39,553 nt of DNA from a virus (lineage: Duplodnaviria > Caudoviricetes): the IMG/VR virus record IMGVR_UViG_3300029448_000115, positions 1-39,553 of that record. The stretch is one strand, 5' to 3'. Both the position numbers and the translations under genes were made by a program. Every line of letters begins with the position of its first letter. Position 1 is the first letter of the stretch. This document shows positions 26,015 through 35,698 of this stretch, in pieces. The notes beneath the pieces are model-generated. The model was not told the origin of the DNA, did not search any database, and saw only the letters and a list, made by a program, of their open reading frames with translations.

Positions 26015-27447
26015 TGGCTACATCTGAAGAATTAATTGCGTTATTTGGAGATGATTTTAACAATGTTTTAAAAGGTTTAAACGCTTTACCTATAGAGGTT
26101 CGTGAACTTTTAGATGGAACTATGAATAAAATGATTAGTGATGCTGATATTTTTTCACAAAGAATAAATAAAGCTGTAACAACGCAAAGAGCATCAGGTA
26201 TTAGTTCAGCGGTTACTACAGGAGTTCTAGCAACTGATATGGTTTCTGAAGGTGCAATTTTTGGAGAAATTCGAAACGCTATAAAAGAATCATTAGTAGA
26301 GGGAATAAATCAAACTGGCAGAGCTGCACAATATCAAGCTTATGATGCTGATGATAAAACGCTGTTTACATGGGTAACAGTTGCTGGCCATAAAATTTGT
26401 CAAGAATGCCAATGGAGATCAGGCCACCAAGCCACATTAAAAGAATGGGAATCTGCTGGTATGCCCGGAACTGGGTGGAGTGTGTGCGGTGGGCATTGTT
26501 ATTGTATTCTTGATCCTAGCGGTAAAATATCGCCAGTTGTGCAGGCTGAACAAGAACGCGCTAAATTAGTTCAACAAGGAAAACCACTTGAATCAAACTA
26601 TATAAAAGCGTATAAAGTCAAATCAGATCATAAATCTGCTTACAATAGATTTATGAAATTAGATTCATCAACAGCAATGGAAATGATGAAGCCTAAATTT
26701 AAAAAAGGGAAATTAGTTAGAGGGCAATTATCAAGAGCGCAAATACTTAGAGAAACTAATAGCGCAAGAAAGAAATTAAGTGTTAGTAAGCAATCTATGA
26801 ATAAACATCTTGTAAATGGTACATTAACAAAATCAAGAAAAAAGCTACATGATGACATAATAAATGAAATTGTAAATGGTGGGAAAGTTGCTAAAAAAGG
26901 CAAGCAGGAATTATTAACAACAGGAGGTTATCCCGGATCAGGTAAATCTACAATGTTAAATCAAGCTTTTCCGGGCTGGAAAGAAAAATTTGTGCATTTA
27001 GATGCAGATAGAGTAAAAGAATTATTGGCTAAAGCTGATGGCGTTGATTTAAAATGGCGTGCAGCGTTGTATCATGTAGAGTCAAAGCATGTAGTTAAAA
27101 TGATAACTAAGAGAGCAATCCAAGAGAATAGGCATATTTTATATGATGCAACAATGAAAAGTACGGATAAATTTATAAAGGCTATCGAGGGATATAAAAA
27201 TGCAGGCTATAAAGTAACAGGCGCATTTGCAGATTTACCAATAGAACAAGCAATGGAAAGAGCTATAGCAAGATTTTTTGGATCATCAGGAAGGTTTGTT
27301 GATCCTCTTTATATTTCAACGCATGGAAATCAAAACATTGCAACATTCAATGCTTTAATTGATAATGCATTGCTTGATATATGGACACAATACAGCACTA
27401 ACGTCCCAATTAATACACCAGCTTTATTTATAGATGGCTATCCTTAA
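26014..27447 (+). CDS. MuF-like minor head protein fused to a C-terminal Zeta-toxin-like P-loop kinase
   Basis: WVTV..HKICQEC...G...W...GMPG...CGGHCYC (MuF). Then R..LH..I, GGYPGSGKST Walker A, HLDADRVK, ILYDATM, ERAIAR...GRFV (Zeta/PezT). Confidence 0.85.
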   Translation: MATSEELIALFGDDFNNVLKGLNALPIEVRELLDGTMNKMISDADIFSQRINKAVTTQRASGISSAVTTGVLATDMVSEGAIFGEIRNAIKESLVEGINQTGRAAQYQAYDADDKTLFTWVTVAGHKICQECQWRSGHQATLKEWESAGMPGTGWSVCGGHCYCILDPSGKISPVVQAEQERAKLVQQGKPLESNYIKAYKVKSDHKSAYNRFMKLDSSTAMEMMKPKFKKGKLVRGQLSRAQILRETNSARKKLSVSKQSMNKHLVNGTLTKSRKKLHDDIINEIVNGGKVAKKGKQELLTTGGYPGSGKSTMLNQAFPGWKEKFVHLDADRVKELLAKADGVDLKWRAALYHVESKHVVKMITKRAIQENRHILYDATMKSTDKFIKAIEGYKNAGYKVTGAFADLPIEQAMERAIARFFGSSGRFVDPLYISTHGNQNIATFNALIDNALLDIWTQYSTNVPINTPALFIDGYP

Positions 27448-27695
27448 TCCTCAGCTTTAATAGGCTCAAAAATTACCCCATTATCTCCGGGAAACGGATT
27501 GCGATGATCTATTACGCTAGTGTGTATGTCGTTTGGAATACCCTCAGGAAATGCTTTGCAAGTTATATTATCATCATTTAAGTGCTTGCATAGGTCACAA
27601 TCAAAGCCTGTGCCTAAATTCCTAAGCTGTATAAGCAGATCATCAATTAACTGCTCTTCGATATCCCAAGTCTCGACAATATCTTTTACAGACAT
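27444..27695 (-). CDS. Cys-rich protein (CxxCxH, CKAFPxGIP, DH..P..GDNG), candidate immunity
   Basis: Stop codon overlaps the MuF-Zeta stop; AAGGAG RBS. Confidence 0.7.
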   Translation of the reverse strand: MSVKDIVETWDIEEQLIDDLLIQLRNLGTGFDCDLCKHLNDDNITCKAFPEGIPNDIHTSVIDHRNPFPGDNGVIFEPIKAED

Positions 27696-27758
27696 TGTTA
27701 TCTCCTTAGGTTTGTTAGAATTTACTAAATTTTATTTAATGGTACTAATTAAGATTAT

Positions 27759-27944
27759 TTAACCAGCTGTATTTTGAATGTCTAACTGCCATTTAACAAA
27801 ATCACTATAACTCATTATTTTTTCTTTACTTTTACCAAACCAGTAATGATTTTCAACTTTAACAGAATCTCCATTCCTTGTATAAATATTAAGGCAGTTG
27901 CCATCCCAACTGCTTACTTGCTTTTTTTGACCATCTTTTAACAT
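27759..27944 (-). CDS. Hypothetical protein
   Basis: AAAGGA RBS, downstream of the leftward promoter-like element. Confidence 0.6.
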   Translation of the reverse strand: MLKDGQKKQVSSWDGNCLNIYTRNGDSVKVENHYWFGKSKEKIMSYSDFVKWQLDIQNTAG

Positions 27945-27978
27945 TGTTGTTTTTTCCTTTATTATAACAGTTGAATGT

Positions 27979-28009
27979 AATATAACAAATGTTATAGGTG
28001 CAACAACAA
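27979..28009 (-). promoter_or_regulatory. Leftward promoter (TGn-TATATT) overlapped by palindrome TATAACA-AA-TGTTATA
   Basis: Perfect inverted repeat at 27981-27996 in the same register to the -10 as at 20008; -35 TTGTTG spacing imperfect (16 or 19). Confidence 0.6.
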
Positions 28010-28020
28010 AATAAAACTAC

Positions 28021-28040
28021 CTTTAAAAATATCTTTAAGG
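28021..28040 (+). promoter_or_regulatory. Iteron-like box CTTTAAA-N6-TTTAAGG upstream of scaffold/capsid
   Basis: Matches 20052-20071 and origin repeats; followed by TATATT. Confidence 0.55.
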
Positions 28041-28076
28041 GTATATTTGAATAATTAAAATAAAGGAATTACTCAG

Positions 28077-28613
28077 ATGAGTGAAGATACAAGTACAAAT
28101 GTAGAGCAGAGCGCTCAAACTACAGAAGCAGATAGCAATGTAGATTACAAGACATTATATCATCAGGAAGTTAAGAATAGTAAATCTCAGCGTGGGAAAA
28201 AACAAGAGCTTGAGTCAAAAATGGAGCAACTGGAATTAAAATCTGAGGAAGATCGACAAGCTAAAATGATCGCCGAAGGTAAAAAAGATGAGTTGCTGCA
28301 AGAACAATCAAGCAGATTAAAAGCCCTTGAAAAAGAGCTTGGATCGTTTAAACAGGCTGAGGATAGTCAGAAGGCTAAGTTGCTTGAGCAAATTCCTGAG
28401 GATGATAGAATGTATTATGAAAATATGAACATTGAACAACTCCAGCATTTTTTAAGTAAAAGCGCAGCGCAGCCTGTAAATCCTCCTGAGGCCGTACAAG
28501 GTAGATCAGTGGTCGATTCAAATATGAATGACTATATGAAAAAAGATACTAAGTACCAAAGGGATAATTACGCAGCTGTATTGCAAAAGTACGCGAAAAA
28601 TTCTCGGAGGTAA
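28077..28613 (+). CDS. Capsid scaffolding protein
   Basis: Acidic N-terminus and long coiled coil, directly before the capsid gene. Confidence 0.75.
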   Translation: MSEDTSTNVEQSAQTTEADSNVDYKTLYHQEVKNSKSQRGKKQELESKMEQLELKSEEDRQAKMIAEGKKDELLQEQSSRLKALEKELGSFKQAEDSQKAKLLEQIPEDDRMYYENMNIEQLQHFLSKSAAQPVNPPEAVQGRSVVDSNMNDYMKKDTKYQRDNYAAVLQKYAKNSRR

Positions 28614-28631
28614 AAACAAGGAATTTAAAAA

Positions 28632-29519
28632 ATGGCTACACCATCAGGAACTATTTTTGACACAGGCGTAACACAGGATTTTATTCCTGAACTTTGGTCG
28701 GATATAATCTATAAATATTTTGAAGAAAGATTAGTATTCAAAAATCTTATTGAGGATTATTCTTCACTGGTTCAGGGGCAAGGTAAAATCATTCACGTGC
28801 CTGAAATCGCTAAAATGACTGCCGCATCTTTAACAGATGGCGCGCAGGTTAGTTATGTCGCACCAGCAGAAACCAATACTCAGCTAACAGTAGATCAGCA
28901 TTACTACGCTGCAAAGCTCTTTACAGATGTTTTGCAAGTTCAAAGTAATTATGATCTTATCAACTCTTATAGTAAGGCTATGGCTTATGCACTAGCTAAA
29001 CAGGTTGATGCATCTATTGCTGCTGAGTTAATTACTGTAAATCAAGGTGCAACCTTAACAACAGATGATCAGATCACAGCTGCTGAATTTGAAGCTGCTC
29101 TTGCTAACATGGGTGAGAATGACATTGATTATACTTCAGGGGAAGTTTATTTTGTTGTTAATCCAACTCTTTATGCTGATATGCTTAATCCAGCTGGCAC
29201 ATTTGGCGCAAATTTTATGCGCGCTGATATTGCTGGTTTTAATGCTGATAACAGCCCTCTATTGAGCGGCCAAGTTGGCGTTTTAATGGGTATGCCAGTA
29301 TTTATGAGCAACAGTTTAGCTTCAGCTGGAACTGCTGTAAGTGGTGTAATTTTCCACAAATCAGCTTGCGCTATAGCAGTTCAGCAATCCATAGATATTA
29401 AAGAGCAGTACGATATTGACGTTTTAGGATCAAAGGTCGTAGCTCACACGCTATGGGGCGTAAAGAAGCTTGATGATTCTGATAATATCAGAGGTTACAA
29501 GTTCACTAACGCTAGTTAA
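28632..29519 (+). CDS. Major capsid protein (P22 coat-like, HK97 fold)
   Basis: FIPELWS, G..IHVP, LTVDQ, YALAKQVD, G.VG.LMG.PV..SN, LWGVK motifs. Confidence 0.92.
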   Translation: MATPSGTIFDTGVTQDFIPELWSDIIYKYFEERLVFKNLIEDYSSLVQGQGKIIHVPEIAKMTAASLTDGAQVSYVAPAETNTQLTVDQHYYAAKLFTDVLQVQSNYDLINSYSKAMAYALAKQVDASIAAELITVNQGATLTTDDQITAAEFEAALANMGENDIDYTSGEVYFVVNPTLYADMLNPAGTFGANFMRADIAGFNADNSPLLSGQVGVLMGMPVFMSNSLASAGTAVSGVIFHKSACAIAVQQSIDIKEQYDIDVLGSKVVAHTLWGVKKLDDSDNIRGYKFTNAS

Positions 29520-29536
29520 TAATAACTCTATCCAAA

Positions 29537-29571
29537 AAGGGCTGGCTTTTAAAAAAGTCAGCCCTTAATTT
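29537..29571 (+). terminator. Hairpin terminator after the capsid gene
   Basis: AAGGGCTGGCTTTT-AA-AAAAGTCAGCCCTT followed by AATTT. Confidence 0.65.
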
Positions 29572-29577
29572 ATTCTT

Positions 29578-29736
29578 ATGAAAAAATTAACATTCCCAAA
29601 TAAAGACGGCGTTATTGAACTTGATGAAAAAAGCCCATGCGGATCATACGCAATGAGCGTTTTATTAAACAATGGTGCAGTAGAATCAAAAGCAAAAAGT
29701 AAACCTAAGAAAGCCAGTAAAGCTAAAAAGAAGTAA
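29578..29736 (+). CDS. 52-aa protein with Lys-rich tail (not in ORF track)
   Basis: MKKLTFPNKDGVIELDEKSPCGSYAMSVLLNNGAVESKAKSKPKKASKAKKK*; typical small post-capsid gene. Confidence 0.6.
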   Translation: MKKLTFPNKDGVIELDEKSPCGSYAMSVLLNNGAVESKAKSKPKKASKAKKK

Positions 29737-29824
29737 TGCCTTATAGTAAGTAGCATATTTCAATAAAAGGCCTGTTCATGCACAGCCAAGTGCTTTAATG
29801 GCAACCATAAAATAAGGTGATAAA

Positions 29825-30136
29825 ATGGCAATCAATCAATTTGGTACAAATGAAGCTCTAAATGTTCAACTAGGGCAAGCTGGAAGCGTTTATGAAAGCG
29901 GAACAACAGCAGTATCAGCTCCCACAGGAAAAAAAATTATAGCAATTATGGCCGTAGCAGATGCAGTTTTTGCTACCTTAACGCCTGAAAGTAATATCTA
30001 CTTTGGTAGAACTGGAACAGCATCAGAATATAATGGAGATGCTTTTTCTGATACGTTTAAACAAGGCGACTGGATATACGGCAGGTGGTCTAATTTCACA
30101 CTAAGCAGCGGTAAAATCGTTGCGTATTTCGGTTAG
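29825..30136 (+). CDS. Small beta-rich virion protein
   Basis: C-terminal G..IYGRW..F.L.SG..VAY pattern; AAGGTG RBS. Confidence 0.65.
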   Translation: MAINQFGTNEALNVQLGQAGSVYESGTTAVSAPTGKKIIAIMAVADAVFATLTPESNIYFGRTGTASEYNGDAFSDTFKQGDWIYGRWSNFTLSSGKIVAYFG

Positions 30137-30144
30137 GAGAGAGT

Positions 30145-30483
30145 ATGGCAGACCTACATAAAAGATCGGTACAGGAAGCAGCTAATTTAAGCGTTGGAGG
30201 CGGTTGGTCAGTAGCCACTGTTGCTACGCATGGAGGAACTTCAAATACTGATACAATACATTTTAGTTTAGATGAAAACGCGGCTCAAATAGGAGTTTAT
30301 AGCGCTGTTGAATTATATTTTAATTTTGCTACTGCTGCAACAGATGTAACAGTTGGCAATGATATGATCTTGCCAGCCAGTACGTTGGTTTTTATTGCAG
30401 TTCCTCGCGGATTAGGATCAACAGTTGTATTTAATCATTTAGGAAAAGGAGCAGCTGGCGCTGTTCGCATAGTGGAGATATAA
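30145..30483 (+). CDS. Small beta-rich virion protein
   Basis: AGGAG RBS; between capsid and fibre genes. Confidence 0.6.
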   Translation: MADLHKRSVQEAANLSVGGGWSVATVATHGGTSNTDTIHFSLDENAAQIGVYSAVELYFNFATAATDVTVGNDMILPASTLVFIAVPRGLGSTVVFNHLGKGAAGAVRIVEI

Positions 30484-30484
30484 T

Positions 30485-33400
30485 ATGCTTATAGGCGTAC
30501 AAGGGCAACAATTAGCGGCAAATTTAAGCGCAGGCGGCACTGTAAAAGGTGATCTTGTAGTTGAGGGCGATTTTAAAGTTGAGGGTGCTGGTAGTTTTGC
30601 TTATGATGAGATAATTGAAGGTTCGTTTAATGCTACTAGTGGTACTATTAAAGCCTCTAGCGGTGATACAAGTTTTATTATAGATAGTCTCTCAGGTCAA
30701 GATGCAAGTCTTATACTTAAATCTGATGCTGGTGGAGCTAATGAAGATTGGTGGACATTTAGAGCAGACAATGACCAAAAACTTTATATTAGAAATGGCA
30801 ATACCGATTTACACGCTTTTACTTCAGCAGGGCTGATTGGCATAGGCACAACCTCGCCTAGTAAAACATTAGATGTTGAAGGCGATATAAGGATAAGAAA
30901 TGCAATACATTCTTTCGCTACAAGTAATAGAGGATTTACAAGAGAATGGTTAGCATTTAATGAAGGTTCTCCAACTTATAAAACAAGTGTAGATTATAAA
31001 TTTCATAAATTTCAAAATAATAGTGGTACAACTATCATGGCTGTTGGTGGTAGTGACAGTAGGATTGGTATTGGCACAGAATCGCCTAGTCAATTATTGC
31101 ACATTGAGGGAAGTAGCTTTCCAACTGCTTTAATTAAAGGCGGTTCTAGTGGTTCTGTTTTAAGATTACAAGGTGCAAATAATGATTCAGTAGTTTTTAA
31201 CGATAATACCGCTGATAAATGGTTTTTAAGATATCAACCTGGAGTAGATAAAATTGATTTCTATAATGCTGGAACTTCTACATCTGCATTAACAATATTA
31301 GATAGTAATAATAATGTCGGTATAGGCACAACCTCGCCTTACTATATTACTGATATTAGATTTGAAAATACAAATACATCATTTAGCGGTGGTAGTTATG
31401 GAAATTGGGGTAGTAACGGATTAAGAATAGAAAACTCTAGCTCTACTGTTAATACAATGTCTACAATTCATTTTAGAAATTATTCTGCTGACATACATAT
31501 AGCCTCAATTTACAATGATATTGCTGATTCTGATTTAGGATTCTTTTTTGAAGGTTCTGAAAAAATGCGGTTTACTAACGATGGCAGATTTGGCATAGGC
31601 ACAACCTCGCCTAGCTCAAATCTCCACATTAAAGATGCATCTTCTTATACTCAACTTAAAATAGAATCGGGTAGCGTTAATCAGCAAACTTATTTAACAA
31701 TGGAAGCAGATAGACCAGCTGAAAATGATATAATAGCAAATATTCAGTTTACATCTGCTGGTAGCCTTGCTGGTGATATTAAATATAAAAGAGGTTCAGG
31801 AGACAATATAGGGCATTTTCTATTTGGTACTGGAGCTGGTGGAGGAACAAGGTTTGTACTTGATAACAACTCTCGCATTAGTCTTGGTAATAATGATAGT
31901 GGTGGAGATACAACAAATACTGTATTTGGATATACATCAGGAAATAGTATCGCTAGTGGAGGTATTAAAAATACTTTGTTTGGTAAATCAAGTGGGTATT
32001 CAATAAGTACAGGAGATAGCAACACCAACTTAGGTTGGGAAGCTGGATACTATAACGCAACTGGTAGCTATAATACTGCTGTTGGTAGTGGCTCTATGAT
32101 GGGTGCAAGTGGTCAATCAAATTCTTCAAATACTGCTGTAGGCTATTTTAGTTTAAAAGCAATCACAACTGGCTATAATAATACGGCAATTGGAACTAAT
32201 GCTGGTGATGCTTTAACGACTGGATATTCAAATGTACTTATTGGAAAAGATGTATTAGGGGTTGCTGATGGAGGAGAACAAAACAATGTTGTTATTGGAT
32301 TTAATGCTGGTTCAGCTATAAACCACAATTCAACTTCTGCAAATGTAATTATTGGAAGTCATGCTGGAGTTGGTGGCACTGGCTATATATCACGCAATGT
32401 AATAATTGGAGATGATGCACTTGTTGATTTAAATAGTAGGAACTCAATTTATAATACTATCGTAGGCTCAGAAGCTGGTGGCGGAACTTGGGCTGGTGAT
32501 GGTACAGAAAACACAGTATTAGGTTACCAAGCATTTAAAGGTGCGGTAAACGGAGCAAATTACAATACTATTCTAGGCTCTCAAGCTGGAAAATCAATCA
32601 CAACTGGTAGTGCAAATACTGGAGTAGGTCAAGAAGTATTAAAAGCCATTACAATAGGGCAATATAATGTTGCGATTGGGGAAAACACTTTAGGGGCTGA
32701 AGATGTTGGTAATTTTACAACAGCTATTGGATATAGAGCTGGTTATAGTCAAAATTCAGACTCTAACAATGAAGATACTGGCAACACTTTATTAGGTGCT
32801 GGTGCTGGTTTTTATAATGTAACTGGTACAAAAAATACTCTTGTAGGAAGGCAAGCTGGAAACGGAGCTAGTGGACAATCAAATAGTAACAATACCGCTG
32901 TAGGTTATAATAGTTTATATGCAGTCACTACTGGTAGCGAAAATACTGCGATTGGAAGAACAACATTAAATTCTCTCACAACAGGCACTAGAAATGTTAC
33001 TGTTGGAATGGATTCAGGGGGTGGAACAACTACTGGTAATGACAATATTTTTATTGGAAAAAATGCTGGTGCTCAAAATGTAAGTGGCGATGAAATGGTA
33101 ATTATTGGTTCTCACGCTGGTTTTTCCATAAATCACGCTACTGATGCAGACGGAACAGTAGCAATAGGTTTTGAAGCATTAAAAGTATTAACGAGCGGTG
33201 CTTCAAATACTTCTATTGGTTATGGGGCATTAAAAGCTGATACAACTGGATATAGGAACACAGCACTGGGTTATCAAGCTGGAAACGCAGTTGTTACTGG
33301 AGCATTAAATACTTATATAGGTAATGCATCGGGGAAATTGCATACTGGAGATAATTCTACTTATATAGGAGATAATGCTGGAGCATTAACAACAAGTGGA

Positions 33401-35698
33401 AGCACGAATGTGGCAATAGGGCAAGCTAGTGATTATAATAATAAAACTGGTAGTTCTAATACTGCTATCGGGTATCAGTCTATGCTTGGTGCTACTGATC
33501 AGTCACATTCAAATAATACTTCTGTAGGGTATAAAAGTTTATACGCAATTACAACTGGAAGTAATAATACGGCATTGGGGTATAACGCTGGTCTTAGTAT
33601 TACTACACCTCAAAACGCTGTTGCAATAGGTTCATACTCTAACGAACAGAATACAACTGGTTGGAGTAATGTAGCAATAGGCGGTGAAGCTATAAGATAT
33701 AATCAAACTGGGGAAAACAATGTTGCAATAGGTAGACAAGCAATGTTAGGTGTTTCAGGAAACTCACATTCTAATAATACTGCGGTGGGTACATTTGCTT
33801 TAAAAGCAATCACAACTGGCTCTTCAAATGTTGCTTTAGGATATGGGGCATTGCAAGATTTAGCGGATGGTGGAAGCAATATTGGAATTGGATATAGAGC
33901 TGGTTATGAGTCAACATCTGCATCTAATAATGTTTATGTTGGTTTAGATTCGGGTAGAGAAACCACAACTGGCGGTAAAAATATAGGTATTGGAAGTTAT
34001 GCGTTAGTTAATGTGACAGATACAAATAATATGGTTGCGATTGGTTACAATGCTGGTTCATCAGTTAATCATGCTGGAGCAGAAGGCGGAACTTTTTTAG
34101 GTTACGAAGCTGGAAAAGCTGTTACAAGCGGTGGTCACAATACAGCTTTAGGTTATCAAGCCTTGTTAACTAATAGTACATCAAGTTTTAATACCGCTAT
34201 TGGTTCTCAAGCATTAACTGTTGCAACTGGTGCTGGTGGTACGGCAGTTGGGTATAGGGCACTTAAAGCCATTACAAGTGGTGCTTCAAATACGGCAGTT
34301 GGATATGAAGCTGGAAAAACTATTACAACTGGGCAAAAAAATATTGCAATCGGTTACGAAGCTATGCACGATACCGATGCTGGTTCAACCTCATCTGATT
34401 CAGATAATAATATTTTTATAGGATACACTGCTGGTGGTGGAGCTTGGGCAGATGCTAAATCAGAAAATAATGTTGCTATTGGTAGTAATGTTATGCAAGG
34501 TGTTTTAAACGGAGCTAATAACAACACTGCATTAGGTTATTTTGCTCTCGCATCTATAACATCAGGTGATACCAATGTTGGAATAGGCTCAGAGGCTGGT
34601 GGTGTACTTACCACAAGTATAAAAAATACAATTTTAGGATATCAAGCTGGGGGTTTAATAAGCCATGTCAGTGCAAGTGACAATGTGCTAATAGGAAATG
34701 TTGCTGGTAAGGGTGGAACTGGAGAGCTAAAACGATGTATTGTAATTGGTTCTCAGGCAATGGATTCAACTACAGATCAAGCTCAAACTGGTACAATAGC
34801 AATAGGTTATAATGCCCTTACTGCCCTTACGACTGGTGCAGGAAATACAGCTGTTGGATATGAAACTATGTCTACTGCTGATGGTGGTGAAGAGGGCAAT
34901 GCTGTTTTTGGATACCAAGCTGGTAAGTCAATAAATGGAAGCTCTAATTACAATACTATAATGGGATATCTTGCTGGAACAGGCGGTTCTGCGAATATGT
35001 CAAGTTGTGTTGCTATCGGTGCAAATGCTTTAAACAGCACAGCTGGTAATAATCATAATGGTTCAGTTGCTGTCGGTAAAGATGCTTTAACAGCGTGTAC
35101 CTCAGGAGAAGATAATACTGCTTTGGGATATCGAGCGGGAAACACAATAACTACAGGTGCAGGTAATTTATATATTGGATATGATGCAGATGCATCTGCA
35201 AATGATGTAAATGATGAAATAGTAATAAAAGCTGGTGAAGGTGCTTTAGTTGGTGGCGGTACAGAAACAGTTAGGATAGGCGTTGATTCAGATTATATAA
35301 CTAATGACTTTGGTGAAAATGCTACTTGGACACATTCATCTGATAAAAGAATTAAAAAAGATATAGAAGATTCTGCATTAGGTCTTGATTTTATTAATGA
35401 TTTAAGACCAGTAATATTTAAGAAAAAAGCACCAAGTGAATACCCTCAAGAGTTTGAGCAATACGATGCCAATACTACAGAGCGTAAAAATCCCGATAGA
35501 AAACATTATGGATTTATCGCTCAAGAAGTTAAAGAAGCAATTGACAAGGCTGGTCATTCTGAGTTTCCAGTTTGGAAAGAAAATAGAGATGGTATGCAAG
35601 AACTTGGTGAGACAGAATTAATCACTCCATTAATTAAAGCAGTTCAAGAGTTATCTGCCGAAGTAAAACAACTCAAGAAACAATTAGAGGACAAGTAA
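30485..35698 (+). CDS. Tail fibre/spike with GIGTTSP modules, NTAVG (YadA-head-like) repeats and C-terminal peptidase S74 chaperone
   Basis: Four GIGT.SP units, dozens of N-T-A-[VIL]-G repeats, SDKRIKKDI, GFIAQEV and LIKAVQEL coiled coil. Confidence 0.92.
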   Translation: MLIGVQGQQLAANLSAGGTVKGDLVVEGDFKVEGAGSFAYDEIIEGSFNATSGTIKASSGDTSFIIDSLSGQDASLILKSDAGGANEDWWTFRADNDQKLYIRNGNTDLHAFTSAGLIGIGTTSPSKTLDVEGDIRIRNAIHSFATSNRGFTREWLAFNEGSPTYKTSVDYKFHKFQNNSGTTIMAVGGSDSRIGIGTESPSQLLHIEGSSFPTALIKGGSSGSVLRLQGANNDSVVFNDNTADKWFLRYQPGVDKIDFYNAGTSTSALTILDSNNNVGIGTTSPYYITDIRFENTNTSFSGGSYGNWGSNGLRIENSSSTVNTMSTIHFRNYSADIHIASIYNDIADSDLGFFFEGSEKMRFTNDGRFGIGTTSPSSNLHIKDASSYTQLKIESGSVNQQTYLTMEADRPAENDIIANIQFTSAGSLAGDIKYKRGSGDNIGHFLFGTGAGGGTRFVLDNNSRISLGNNDSGGDTTNTVFGYTSGNSIASGGIKNTLFGKSSGYSISTGDSNTNLGWEAGYYNATGSYNTAVGSGSMMGASGQSNSSNTAVGYFSLKAITTGYNNTAIGTNAGDALTTGYSNVLIGKDVLGVADGGEQNNVVIGFNAGSAINHNSTSANVIIGSHAGVGGTGYISRNVIIGDDALVDLNSRNSIYNTIVGSEAGGGTWAGDGTENTVLGYQAFKGAVNGANYNTILGSQAGKSITTGSANTGVGQEVLKAITIGQYNVAIGENTLGAEDVGNFTTAIGYRAGYSQNSDSNNEDTGNTLLGAGAGFYNVTGTKNTLVGRQAGNGASGQSNSNNTAVGYNSLYAVTTGSENTAIGRTTLNSLTTGTRNVTVGMDSGGGTTTGNDNIFIGKNAGAQNVSGDEMVIIGSHAGFSINHATDADGTVAIGFEALKVLTSGASNTSIGYGALKADTTGYRNTALGYQAGNAVVTGALNTYIGNASGKLHTGDNSTYIGDNAGALTTSGSTNVAIGQASDYNNKTGSSNTAIGYQSMLGATDQSHSNNTSVGYKSLYAITTGSNNTALGYNAGLSITTPQNAVAIGSYSNEQNTTGWSNVAIGGEAIRYNQTGENNVAIGRQAMLGVSGNSHSNNTAVGTFALKAITTGSSNVALGYGALQDLADGGSNIGIGYRAGYESTSASNNVYVGLDSGRETTTGGKNIGIGSYALVNVTDTNNMVAIGYNAGSSVNHAGAEGGTFLGYEAGKAVTSGGHNTALGYQALLTNSTSSFNTAIGSQALTVATGAGGTAVGYRALKAITSGASNTAVGYEAGKTITTGQKNIAIGYEAMHDTDAGSTSSDSDNNIFIGYTAGGGAWADAKSENNVAIGSNVMQGVLNGANNNTALGYFALASITSGDTNVGIGSEAGGVLTTSIKNTILGYQAGGLISHVSASDNVLIGNVAGKGGTGELKRCIVIGSQAMDSTTDQAQTGTIAIGYNALTALTTGAGNTAVGYETMSTADGGEEGNAVFGYQAGKSINGSSNYNTIMGYLAGTGGSANMSSCVAIGANALNSTAGNNHNGSVAVGKDALTACTSGEDNTALGYRAGNTITTGAGNLYIGYDADASANDVNDEIVIKAGEGALVGGGTETVRIGVDSDYITNDFGENATWTHSSDKRIKKDIEDSALGLDFINDLRPVIFKKKAPSEYPQEFEQYDANTTERKNPDRKHYGFIAQEVKEAIDKAGHSEFPVWKENRDGMQELGETELITPLIKAVQELSAEVKQLKKQLEDK

